A stretch of DNA of 64,000 nucleotides from the human T2T-CHM13v2.0 reference genome, Homo sapiens, in assembly GCF_009914755.1 (NCBI RefSeq), contig NC_060929.1; one strand, 5' to 3'. The translations under genes and the position numbers were made by a program. Every line of letters begins with the position of its first letter. Within the stretch, counting starts at the first letter, position 1. The notes below the pieces were generated by a model. It saw only the letters and a program-made list of their open reading frames with translations, had not been told where the DNA came from and did no database searches. This document shows positions 38,514-50,320 of the stretch, piece after piece.

Positions 38514-39698
38514 TATTACTCAGTTGTGTCTATGAAAAATTTTTTAATCTAAACAATAATTTGGATAAATTTTTGAATAAGGTATCTAACCTAAATAATA
38601 ACTTCACATGTTCCTAAGTATCTGTTAATTTATTTGAATGCCTGGCCCACTTAAAAATCTGATCCACAAAATGCTATAGTCATGGGTCCATAGGGATCCG
38701 TGGTTCCCTGGGTTAGAAAGCTGTGGAAAAGAGAGAAGTAGGCTTATGACTGCCATTAAGCAGTGAGCTACAAGAATTTATCATCACTTTATTCATAAAT
38801 TGATAAAGCCTTACATTTTAGCTCTTGAAGATACAAATGAAAGGAAATACAGTCACCAAGGCCAGTTGCAAGTTTAGCCCAGCCCATAAATTTATGACAA
38901 AAAGCAGCTCATCTGCCATTGCAATTTAATGTTACATCAAGTAAATAAAACACATATTATCCTCTTCTTTTGCTTCTAAATACAGCTCTTTAGGAATATT
39001 TTCTAAAGAGAATGCTTGAGACACTTTCCCCAATTAATTAAATTTCCCCTAATTAATTAAAAACTGAATATACAGTTTTACTGTTAACACTCAGGGCAGC
39101 CATTCCATTACAGCATCTCAAAGATTGCCAGGAAGCAGATACAAAGAATCCTAAGTAGCCTGAAGGACAACGTTCCCACTGAAAAGGTCAACTTGACCCT
39201 TGAGATATTATTTCTACTTTTCCAACAATATCAACTTGGAATGAGGTTTAAGTGAAACTAGTATTTTAGACACCCAATACAAAGCTGCTGTTTCATCACC
39301 ATGAAGTTGGGTTAAAGAGTTTCTTCGACTCCCTTCCCCAAAGCTGTTTGCTTTCACTTGATGATGCTTTCACTTGATTTGAATGTATGCCAGAAATGGA
39401 AGTTTCTATTTCATAAGTAAGATAAGCATCTGAGATTGTCAGGCATGATGTAGCCACAAGACACTGATGTAGTTAAAGCGGAGAAACTAGAAAAGTTGTA
39501 TTTTTTAGCTGGTTGGACTTTGCAGGAAGATTTTCTCTAAAATTATTCTGACAATGTTTGAGATACGCCATCATGAGCAAGTCTTGTCACCTTTCTAGAG
39601 CTGTAGACCTTCACTTACAGAATTAGAGAATTGGACTAGACCATCTCCCCCCTTTTTTGTGGTATTAAAATAACTCAACTGTGAACTGACATTTCCAG

Positions 39699-39815
39699 AT
39701 TCCCCTGATGATAATGAAACCTGATGAGAAAGCCGAAGTACCAACAGGAGTTATAATAGGAAGTATAATTGCTGGAATCCTTTTGCTGTTAGCTCTGGTT
39801 GCAATTTTATGGAAG
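39699..39815 (+). CDS. ITGA2: Integrin alpha-2 exon 29 (IPLMIMKPDEKAEVPTGVIIGSIIAGILLLLALVAILWK; transmembrane helix)
   Basis: cag|ATT, AAG|gtaaga, 117 nt; hydrophobic TM segment. Confidence 0.96.
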
Positions 39816-40271
39816 GTAAGAAAAGCTTTATATTTTAAAATACAGGGCTCCTGAAGGCCAGCCTTGAATTTGCTTACAAAACATCAACTTCAGGTTTTAT
39901 ATGGTACCTTCTCTATCACAAGGAGAAAAGAAATGCAAATTTGTTTATAATTTCTTACTCATGTCATTAAAAACAACCAGTAAGGATTTTTCTTCTTTTA
40001 AACCTTCCTTTCATCCAGAGCCCTGAATGTTTTGTTCAGCTTCAAATAAGTAGACGCTGAAAAATGTAGCTTTATGCAATGCAGCTGAGCTCTCTGGATA
40101 TAAATTTCCTTCTAGCAGGTGGTAGATATCAGGTCATCAGTCTGCACACCTCCCTTCAGAGCCTCAGGGATTCCCAGAGGTGCATCAGAGGACGTGGGCA
40201 GCCAAGGGGGTCAGAGGCACCTTACAAAATAAGCCACGGGTGGTAACATTCTTATATCATCACCTTTACAG

Positions 40272-40352
40272 CTCGGCTTCTTCAAAAGAAAATATGAAAA
40301 GATGACCAAAAATCCAGATGAGATTGATGAGACCACAGAGCTCAGTAGCTGA
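40272..40352 (+). CDS. ITGA2: Integrin alpha-2 exon 30 coding part (LGFFKRKYEKMTKNPDEIDETTELSS*)
   Basis: cag|CTC; GFFKR integrin-alpha motif; TGA at 40350-40352. Confidence 0.97.
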   Translation, partial: LGFFKRKYEKMTKNPDEIDETTELSS

Positions 40353-41719
40353 ACCAGCAGACCTACCTGCAGTGGGAACCGGCAGCCTCCCAGCCAGGGT
40401 TTGCTGTTTGCGTGAATGGATTTCTTTTTAAATCCCATATTTTTTTTATCATGTCGTAGGTAAACTAACCTGGTATTTTAAGAGAAAACTGCAGGTCAGT
40501 TTGGAATGAAGAAATTGTGGGGGGTGGGGGAGGTGCGGGGGGCAGGTAGGGAAATAATAGGGAAAATACCTATTTTATATGATGGGGGAAAAAAAGTAAT
40601 CTTTAAACTGGCTGGCCCAGAGTTTACATTCTAATTTGCATTGTGTCAGAAACATGAAATGCTTCCAAGCATGACAACTTTTAAAGAAAAATATGATACT
40701 CTCAGATTTTAAGGGGGAAAACTGTTCTCTTTAAAATATTTGTCTTTAAACAGCAACTACAGAAGTGGAAGTGCTTGATATGTAAGTACTTCCACTTGTG
40801 TATATTTTAATGAATATTGATGTTAAGAGGGGAAAACAAAACACAGGTTTTTTCAATTTATGCTGCTCATCCAAAGTTGCCACAGATGATACTTCCAAGT
40901 GATAATTTTATTTATAAACTAGGTAAAATTTGTTGTTGGTTCCTTTTAGACCACGGCTGCCCCTTCCACACCCCATCTTGCTCTAATGATCAAAACATGC
41001 TTGAATAACTGAGCTTAGAGTATACCTCCTATATGTCCATTTAAGTTAGGAGAGGGGGCGATATAGAGACTAAGGCACAAAATTTTGTTTAAAACTCAGA
41101 ATATAACATGTAAAATCCCATCTGCTAGAAGCCCATCCTGTGCCAGAGGAAGGAAAAGGAGGAAATTTCCTTTCTCTTTTAGGAGGCACAACAGTTCTCT
41201 TCTAGGATTTGTTTGGCTGACTGGCAGTAACCTAGTGAATTTTTGAAAGATGAGTAATTTCTTTGGCAACCTTCCTCCTCCCTTACTGAACCACTCTCCC
41301 ACCTCCTGGTGGTACCATTATTATAGAAGCCCTCTACAGCCTGACTTTCTCTCCAGCGGTCCAAAGTTATCCCCTCCTTTACCCCTCATCCAAAGTTCCC
41401 ACTCCTTCAGGACAGCTGCTGTGCATTAGATATTAGGGGGGAAAGTCATCTGTTTAATTTACACACTTGCATGAATTACTGTATATAAACTCCTTAACTT
41501 CAGGGAGCTATTTTCATTTAGTGCTAAACAAGTAAGAAAAATAAGCTCGAGTGAATTTCTAAATGTTGGAATGTTATGGGATGTAAACAATGTAAAGTAA
41601 GACATCTCAGGATTTCACCAGAAGTTACAGATGAGGCACTGGAAGCCACCAAATTAGCAGGTGCACCTTCTGTGGCTGTCTTGTTTCTGAAGTACTTAAA
41701 CTTCCACAAGAGTGAATTT

Positions 41720-41850
41720 GACCTAGGCAAGTTTGTTCAAAAGGTAGATCCTGAGATGATTTGGTCAGATTGGGATAAGGCCCAGCAATCTGCATTTTAA
41801 CAAGCACCCCAGTCACTAGGATGCAGATGGACCACACTTTGAGAAACACC
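41720..41850. mobile_element. MER5-type fragment in the ITGA2 3'UTR
   Basis: GGCCCAGCAATCTGCATTTTAACAAGCACCCCAG...GGACCACACTTTGAGAAACAC. Confidence 0.6.
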
Positions 41851-42431
41851 ACCCATTTCTACTTTTTGCACCTTATTTTCTCTGTTCCTGAGCCCCCACA
41901 TTCTCTAGGAGAAACTTAGAGGAAAAGGGCACAGACACTACATATCTAAAGCTTTGGACAAGTCCTTGACCTCTATAAACTTCAGAGTCCTCATTATAAA
42001 ATGGGAAGACTGAGCTGGAGTTCAGCAGTGATGCTTTTAGTTTTAAAAGTCTATGATCTGGACTTCCTATAATACAAATACACAATCCTCCAAGAATTTG
42101 ACTTGGAAAAAAATGTCAAAGGAAAACAGGTTATCTGCCCATGTGCATATGGACAACCTTGACTACCCTGGCCTGGCCCGTGGTGGCAGTCCAGGGCTAT
42201 CTGTACTGTTTACAGAATTACTTTGTAGTTGACAACACAAAACAAACAAAAAAGGCATAAAATGCCAGCGGTTTATAGAAAAAACAGCATGGTATTCTCC
42301 AGTTAGGTATGCCAGAGTCCAATTCTTTTAACAGCTGTGAGAATTTGCTGCTTCATTCCAACAAAATTTTATTTAAAAAAAAAAAAAAAAGACTGGAGAA
42401 ACTAGTCATTAGCTTGATAAAGAATATTTAA

Positions 42432-42555
42432 CAGCTAGTGGTGCTGGTGTGTACCTGAAGCTCCAGCTACTTGAGAGACTGAGACAGGAAGATCGCTTGA
42501 GCCCAGGAGTTCAAGTCCAGCCTAAGCAACATAGCAAGACCCTGTCTCAAAAAAA
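42432..42555 (+). mobile_element. FLAM (Alu monomer) in the ITGA2 3'UTR
   Basis: GATCGCTTGAGCCCAGGAGTTCAAGTCCAGCCTAAGCAACATAGCAAGACCCTGTCTC followed by an A-tail. Confidence 0.8.
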
Positions 42556-42577
42556 TGACTATTTAAAAAGACAATGT

Positions 42578-42870
<293 letters not shown>

Positions 42871-43126
42871 AGTTAGTACTGTATATGTAAATACTAGCTT
42901 TTCAATGTGCTATACAAACAATTATAGCACATCCTTCCTTTTACTCTGTCTCACCTCCTTTAGGTGAGTACTTCCTTAAATAAGTGCTAAACATACATAT
43001 ACGGAACTTGAAAGCTTTGGTTAGCCTTGCCTTAGGTAATCAGCCTAGTTTACACTGTTTCCAGGGAGTAGTTGAATTACTATAAACCATTAGCCACTTG
43101 TCTCTGCACCATTTATCACACCAGGA

Positions 43127-43345
43127 CAGGGTCTCTCAACCTGGGCGCTACTGTCATTTGGGGCCAGGTGATTCTTCCTTGCAGGGGCTGTCCTGTACCT
43201 TGTAGGACAGCAGCCCTGTCCTAGAAGGTATGTTTAGCGTATGTTTAGCAGCATTCCTGGCCTCTAGCTACCCGATGCCAGAGCATGCTCCCCCCACAGT
43301 CATGACAATCAAAAAATGTCTCCAGACATTGTCAAATGCCTCCTG
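43127..43345 (+). mobile_element. MER20 in the ITGA2 3'UTR
   Basis: CAGGGTCTCTCAACCT...ATGTTTAGCAGCATTCCTGGCCTCTA...AAAATGTCTCCAGACATTGTCAAATGCCTCCTGGGGGGCA. Confidence 0.85.
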
Positions 43346-44531
43346 GGGGGCAGTGTTTCTCAAGCACTTTTAAGCAAAGGTGAGTATTCATACAAGAAAT
43401 TTAGGGGGAAAAAACATTGTTTAAATAAAAGCTATGTGTTCCTATTCAACAATATTTTTGCTTTAAAAGTAAGTAGAGGGCATAAAAGATGTCATATTCA
43501 AATTTCCATTTCATAAATGGTGTACAGACAAGGTCTATAGAATGTGGTAAAAACTTGACTGCAACACAAGGCTTATAAAATAGTAAGATAGTAAAATAGC
43601 TTATGAAGAAACTACAGAGATTTAAAATTGTGCATGACTCATTTCAGCAGCAAAATAAGAACTCCTAACTGAACAGAAATTTTTCTACCTAGCAATGTTA
43701 TTCTTGTAAAATAGTTACCTATTAAAACTGTGAAGAGTAAAGAAAACTAAAGCCAATTTATTATAGTCACACAAGTGATTATACTAAAAATTATTATAAA
43801 GGTTATAATTTTATAATGTATTTACCTGTCCTGATATATAGCTATAACCCAATATATGAAAATCTCAAAAATTAAGACATCATCATACAGAAGGCAGGAT
43901 TCCTTAAACTGAGATCCCTGATCCATCTTTAATATTTCAATTTGCACACATAAAACAATTATATAAACAACTTTGTAGGACTATGCCCTTTTGTGTACAT
44001 TCAGGCATACCCATTTTAATCAATTTGAAAGGTTAATTTAAACCTCTAGAGGTGAATGAGAAACATGGGGGAAAAGTATGAAATAGGTGAAAATCTTAAC
44101 TATTTCTTTGAACTCTAAAGACTGAAACTGTAGCCATTATGTAAATAAAGTTTCATATGTACCTGTTTATTTTGGCAGATTAAGTCAAAATATGAATGTA
44201 TATATTGCATAACTATGTTAGAATTGTATATATTTTAAAGAAATTGTCTTGGATATTTTCCTTTATACATAATAGATAAGTCTTTTTTCAAATGTGGTGT
44301 TTGATGTTTTTGATTAAATGTGTTTTGCCTCTTTCCACAAAAACTGTAAAAATAAATGCATGTTTGTACACAAAGTTGCAGAATTCATTTGATTTATGAG
44401 AAACAAAAATTAAATTGTAGTCAACAGTTAGTAGTTTTTCTCATATCCAAGTATAACAAACAGAAAAGTTTCATTATTGTAACCCACTTTTTTCATACCA
44501 CATTATTGAATATTGTTACAATTGTTTTGAA

Positions 44532-44537
44532 AATAAA
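44532..44537 (+). terminator. ITGA2: Probable distal ITGA2 polyadenylation signal
   Basis: AATAAA followed by T-rich sequence; distance agrees with the recalled ~7.8 kb mRNA. Confidence 0.65.
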
Positions 44538-44744
44538 GCCATTTTCTTTGGGCTTTTATAAGTTATATATTTTACTATTTTTATCTTATACATTCACTTT
44601 GCTCACATCCAAGACTCAATTTAAGAAGACTGAGGCTATAATTAATTTGCCATAAGTGTCCAGTCTATGTTTCTAGCAGTGACCACAAGGATCTTCTTTT
44701 GTAAGACTCTTAAACTGCCTTCGAAGTTTTGAGACAGTGTAAAG

Positions 44745-44906
44745 CATTGCTCCTCAAAGTGTGGCCCAGGGACAGATGGTGCTGCATCACCTGGAGCCTG
44801 TTAAAAAACACAGATCTCAGGGGCCACTCAAAACTATTCAAGTCAAATTGTAAGTTCTACAGCATCCCCAGGTGATTCATATTGCATTGAAGTTGAGAAG
44901 CACTGC
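44745..44906. mobile_element. MER5A
   Basis: CTCAAAGTGTGGCCC...CATCACCTGGAG...CCCCAGGTGATTCATATTGCATTGAAGTTGAGAAGCACTG. Confidence 0.7.
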
Positions 44907-45344
44907 TCTAAAGCTTACCTTTTGAAATAAAATGTGTGCTTGGAATAGAGAGGGAAAAAAAATCAGCCAAACTGCTGCAACATGCAAAAGCAGAGTCATC
45001 TGCACAGTTTAAAAAAAATCATAATAAGCAGGAAGGTTTAAATATTTTTAAAGAGTAAATATGCTGAAATAAATATGCTGTAAGTTATAAAGTAAGTACA
45101 CGTTGGGCTCACAGACTGCCATCGCTGTACAGATGGCAGAGTAATGCAAAGACAGGGTGGAAAGTGTGTGTGTGCTGCCATAAATAGCGATGCACCAGCA
45201 TCTCCATTCATGTCTGCGGCGCTCTCTCACATGCCTCCCTGCCCATCGCAGTTGTGCTGAGCCGTCTCAGGAGGGCAGCTCACTGCAGCACAACCATCAA
45301 TAAGTGTGTCTGCTATATATCTCACATTAAAATACAATCTTGGA

Positions 45345-45460
45345 GAGCTGAATGTGGGAATTGCAGCTACTTGGGAGGCTGAGGCAGGGAGGATCCTTTG
45401 AACCCAGGAGTTCAAGGCCGGCAACATGAGACCCCCCCCCTCCCAGCTCTTAAAAAATAA
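45345..45460 (+). mobile_element. FLAM-like Alu monomer
   Basis: CAGCTACTTGGGAGGCTGAGGCAGGGAGGATCCTTTGAACCCAGGAGTTCAAGGCC. Confidence 0.75.
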
Positions 45461-45486
45461 AATGTTAGAGAAAGAGAGCACTAAGT

Positions 45487-45492
45487 TTTATT
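45487..45492 (-). terminator. MOCS2: Candidate distal MOCS2 polyA signal (~2.9 kb 3'UTR)
   Basis: TTTATT on +; position agrees with the recalled long MOCS2 3' end about 0.9 kb from the ITGA2 end. Confidence 0.45.
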
Positions 45493-45901
45493 TCTTTGTT
45501 TTTCACAGAGCAGGTTAGGAAATGCTGTACAGGTTAGGAAGACCTGTATTAAAGCAATCATTTATATCCCATAGTTAACTGGAAAATAATTTTATACTTA
45601 CTTTTTAAAAAGTACTTCTTTTTATTTATTCTACATCACTTGTTAAAAACTACAAATTGCATTTTCAAAAACTCCTTCCTGATCCTATCATAATCTTTTA
45701 ATATTTTTAAGGTGTCAATTAAAGATTGGACATCATCTTACATAAAATCAGGGCCTAATTTTCATTTCGGAACCACTACAGCCTGACTTTAAAGAAAATG
45801 GCTACTAAACTGAACTTTTGGTTCTATGCAAAATTAAATCTAAGTAAGACTCAAGTTGCTAAGAGCAACTTTACTATAACTTTTACTATGGCTCTGGCTC
45901 T

Positions 45902-45917
45902 ACTGCCCTCTGCTGGA
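45902..45917 (-). promoter_or_regulatory. CTCF core motif
   Basis: Reverse complement TCCAGCAGAGGGCAGT closely matches the CTCF consensus. Confidence 0.6.
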
Positions 45918-47339
45918 TGATCCACCGAACTACATCACACAAATCATTCTTGAGAGATCTTCACTGTACCAGGTGCTCAGTAACTGTGTAAGATGTCTAA
46001 ATCACTTATTTCTCAAAAAAGGCTGAAAATATATTGTGACTCTATACATCATATCCAAAGGACAAAAATGTCCACAAAATAAGTCACTCATTGAATATCT
46101 GCTGTTACTTTCATTCAAAGATGATAAAAATCAATTTCATTTTACCACCTGTTCAAAAATACTTGAAACATAAATAATTTGAATTTCCTATTTCTTAAGT
46201 GAACTTACCTAGCAATCATGCAAAGTCACGGCTTTAAAGTGACCAAGAAACACTGCAGGCAATCTGATTAAAGGCTAATTATTTTTTTTAGATTACTCTT
46301 CTAGTTACTTGAAGCTAAGTTACAGAGATGATAGAAAAGCTACATATCAGAGTGACAGTAGCCCCTTAATATCTGAACCACCAATTAACTCTGCCACTCC
46401 TAAGTAAGCAAGGGTCAGTAAAGATCCTATCTAAGTCAAGTGCAATGCACTAAAATCTTTCAAGGCCATTCCATCCCAGTTCTGGCATGCCCCAGGTTAA
46501 CTCCTTAACCTCTCTGTTGGAGACTTTAAAAGCATAACAGTCTCAGTTCCAAACTTAGAATAAAGCCTACTTAATGAAGGCATGATTCTTTTAAAACATA
46601 AAGAATGTTCTATGTTCTTTAAAAACATCATTACCCTCAATAAGGAACTTCTAAAGAAATATCTAAGTAGGAAAGTCTTGAAATCCACATATACCTATCA
46701 ACATTGCATATGACATAACATCCATTTAACAACCTATGTCCAAAATCCTAGAAATGTCCAGTGACCCAGTAACCCCATGATAATGTGCTTTTAGATATAA
46801 TGCAACAGCCAACACCCACCCCTTCTCTCCAATGGGGACAGGCGGAAGCTCGATGGCAAGCCAGAGTGACACTGAACTGTGAAGGTAAGGCTGAGACCAA
46901 ACAGGCAACCCGAACCCGGCAGAGGAAGTAGGCGGAGGGTTTGTCTGCCCTTCCAGTATCCTTCTGGCCCAATCTCTCCAGACGGACTAATGAACAAGCA
47001 TCAACTGATGTAACCAGGTGATTCCTAAAGTCAGTGTGGCTGTCCTATGGGTCCCAGCCACAGATAAGATGCAGAGTGTTCCTCAAGGTATTTTAGGTTG
47101 GCAGAAAAAGATCACTGGGTGGGTGCCTGGCACAAAACAGGCATTCAATAAATATTTGTTGAATAAATGGGTTCCTTAGGTAAAAGATGTTTTCACTACA
47201 TATAACAAATAGGATTACTACGTTTCTTATTTGTCCCAGACATAAGAAAAAAATCCTTCAATCTAAGTGTCTGAAAGTATAGCTTTTGTTCTTAATATGC
47301 ATAATGCAAATTTTGTGATGATGCCGACTGCCCAAATTT

Positions 47340-47570
47340 TGCCTGTATTTTATTATTTTATGAGCTATGTGTTTACCTGAAATTTGCTGAGAGTAGACCT
47401 TAAATATTCTCACCACACAGAAGAGGGGACTATGTGAGCTGAGGAATATGTTAATTAGTTGGATTATGGTAATCACCTCACAATGTATATGTGTATCAAA
47501 AATCACATTGTATACTTTAAATACATACAATTTTTGTCAAGTATACCTAAATAAAGCTGGAAAAAAAAAT
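47340..47570 (+). mobile_element. L1MA 3' end
   Basis: GAAATTTGCTGAGAGTAGACCTTAAATATTCTCACCACAC...AAATCACATTGTATAC...AATAAAGCTGGAAAAAAA. Confidence 0.75.
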
Positions 47571-47877
47571 TTAAGAACTATATGGGACTTATATGTACAA
47601 GTCTATCAAAATACTATAAAGCTTAACCAGTTAAAAATTGGGGCATTGTTTACCTAAACATTTCAACACAAACCACCTTGTTGCTAGTTAGCTTTATGAC
47701 AATTTTGTGCTGATTTGTATATTGATACAAAATTAACAACTAATAAAAAACAACAAAAAGTTTTCTGGTAAGATTATAGATTCTGAAATCCCAGAAATCT
47801 CCATAATGAGAACTATTTTAGGCAATTTAAAAAAAAAGAAAATACTCTTTTTAAACTTTTGAAATCATGGGTTTTAG

Positions 47878-47883
47878 TTTATT
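47878..47883 (-). terminator. MOCS2: Probable proximal MOCS2 polyA signal (~500-nt 3'UTR)
   Basis: TTTATT on + (AATAAA on -) about 505 nt past the stop codon. Confidence 0.55.
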
Positions 47884-48387
47884 ATTTTTAATATATTTCT
47901 GAAAATGTATAATATCAAGACTGTCTGATAATGCTTTTTTAATACTTTCCAGTTCTGCCAACATTCCTGTCATGCATCCTTAATAACAATGCTCTCCCAG
48001 AACCGGGATGGGGGGCGGTGAGGTGGGGTTGGTGGGGGAGTACGTTTCTGAGCTAGTTAAAGTCACTGAGGAGGGCCCATACCTCAATGTGTGTTGAGTT
48101 ACAATTAGAAATTAGTCATGGAAGGACATGTCTACCACAGATATCTTTCCTCACATTTAAATTATTCCATTTCTTCCTACAGTCCTCCTTCTATCTTTAG
48201 TTCCATTTTAAATAACCCTTCATCCTACATACCCATTTATCTTGCTTCCTTTTTCTCCCTTTTGTCCCACTAGTATAAGAGATTGTGCTTCAGTAAACTA
48301 TCCTGATGTGGAGAGAAAAAAATCAAAATGTGATCAATAATAATAGTTTAACAAAGTTAAGATTGCATGCTCTAAAAACATAAGTGA

Positions 48388-48453
48388 TTAACTGTTGGAT
48401 GCCCAAAAGCACTCTTTGTTTCCTTTCCAAGTTGATGACTCTTCGTATATTTC
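48388..48453 (-). CDS. MOCS2: MOCS2B exon 7 coding part (EIYEESSTWKGNKECFWASNS*); total 188 aa
   Basis: tag|GAA; TAA at 48390-48388; 98+128+151+124+66=567 nt. Confidence 0.95.
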   Translation of the reverse strand, partial: EIYEESSTWKGNKECFWASNS

Positions 48454-50196
48454 CTAAAAAACAAAATCATAACAGGTATTAAAAATAGACCATTCTACTA
48501 TACGAATATAAAATATATTTGAATAAATCAGACAAATGAATATCACATCTATTTCAATGGCTCCTCTTTTAACAATCATGACGAGAGACATCATGGGCAA
48601 GGTTACATAGGGGAAGACAGAAAGTCTTTAGTTTTAAACATTTTTTTTTCTTTCCAAACATACCTACTACTTCAACATTTCTAAATATGCTTTTCCAAAG
48701 GCAGATATCTTCATTAGCTGTTGAATTAAGTGGTCACCTCTCAGAAGTTCCTAAACAAGTTTGAGCTGCCCTCTGGTATGAGCTGTTCTTTGACATATGC
48801 ACTCTACCTACCTGCCACCCTTCCCTATATCACAGATGATCTCAAAGCACAGGCCGAGACTAGAACCAGACTAGAAGTTACATAGTTTGTGGAAAGGAGG
48901 GGTAAGGAGAACATATCACTTTCTCTTCTCACTCTCTAGTCACATTCCATTTCTGTAGGGAGAGGAATTCAAATTCAACTGTCCTCTGAACTCCTGCACT
49001 TCCTCGGACTCTCTATGGACAAACAAAAGCAAAATACGAAGCCCAACTAGTCCTCAAAGCATGAAAACAAGAATATGCCCCAACTCCTGCTCATTACCTG
49101 TATTTCTGGGGTTGCTCCCATCTACTTTCTGTCCACTGACTGTGCACCCTTTCCTCCCTGGTGAAGAAAGCTACCCCTGCCTTCCAGGCTTGCAGCTGAT
49201 CTTAGAATGCTCTTCCTACCTCTCGCTCTCTGGGGGCCTGCCTCCTGTTGTGTCAGCCTTGTTCACAGCAAGGGAACAATATATCTGAGCTTCACTAAGT
49301 TTCCTTTCACACATATTCTATCCTCTAATCCCTACGTATTCTAACAATGGGCTTCAATTTTATTCTGAAAACATGGTCATCAAATTTCCCAGGCCCTGGT
49401 TATGAGTCCAACTTGCTTATTTCTACCACTGACTGAGGCAGGTCCCCTGGGAAGGAGGGGAGAAGTGCCCTTTAAAAGCCCTGGCTCTCTGCTCTGGTCT
49501 TTTCATCTACTGAGCTGTTCATTAACTCCTCAGCTTTCTGTCAACCACAACGCTGTAGGCAATTCTAGACAATTCTAGACATTGAATGTGCAACCACAGA
49601 ACAATCCCACTGTTAATGTTACTACACCAGGGGAGAAACTAGGGAGTTGGGCCTTTTCATCCCATCAGAATGCTCTATTTAACCAGAGAATTACTTGCCC
49701 TTATTGACAGAAAACATGCCAGAAGTTCCTATTTCTGTTTTTAAATCCACTCACTGCATTTTCTCAGAGGGAGCAATATCTCACCATTTTTTTTTCTTCC
49801 CTAAAAAGGACCTCTAGGAAAAGCCTCTTTCACTTTAAAGAATTTCTATTTTAGCCATTACCTAAATAGCTAATGCATTATTCTCACTCTCCAACAGAAA
49901 GACCCTCTAATTCAAGGGAATTATAATCCAAGGAAAATAACTTCATGTATGAACCCCTCCAACAGTCCAGACTAGGAATTCTCACTGTTATCACTCATTG
50001 AGGCTTACTGTGTGCCATGCATTCTTTGGGGCACATATTTTTCATGCTTAACAAATCTTGGAAAGAAGATATTTCACAGATAAAGAAAACAAGATACTAC
50101 AGTCAGTAAAAAGTCCATAAATATGGGGGGATTTATCTAAAAATTCCTGAGAAAAATCAGGTCCACATGCTAAAATGTGTTATTTTCTTAACTTAC

Positions 50197-50320
50197 CTTT
50201 TTCCATATGGGCACCTTGGCTTTTAAAGTATCAATGGCATAGCTCACAGCTTCAAGAGATGCAGCTCTGTGGGCTGAGGACACAGCAATGATTATGCTTG
50301 CTTCTGACACTGGAACCAAG
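50197..50320 (-). CDS. MOCS2: MOCS2B exon 6 ([41 protein letters not shown])
   Basis: aag|CTTG, AAG|gtaagt, 124 nt; SAHR and PIWKK MoaE motifs. Confidence 0.96.

Noticed and set aside
39349-39378. Short tandem duplications (also 49560-49581 and 56495-56518) and (CA)/(GT)/A-runs
   Set aside because: Ordinary slippage products far from splice sites, with no sign of function
40111-40124. TAGCAGGTGGTAG as a second CTCF site
   Set aside because: Mismatches at high-information positions; too weak to call
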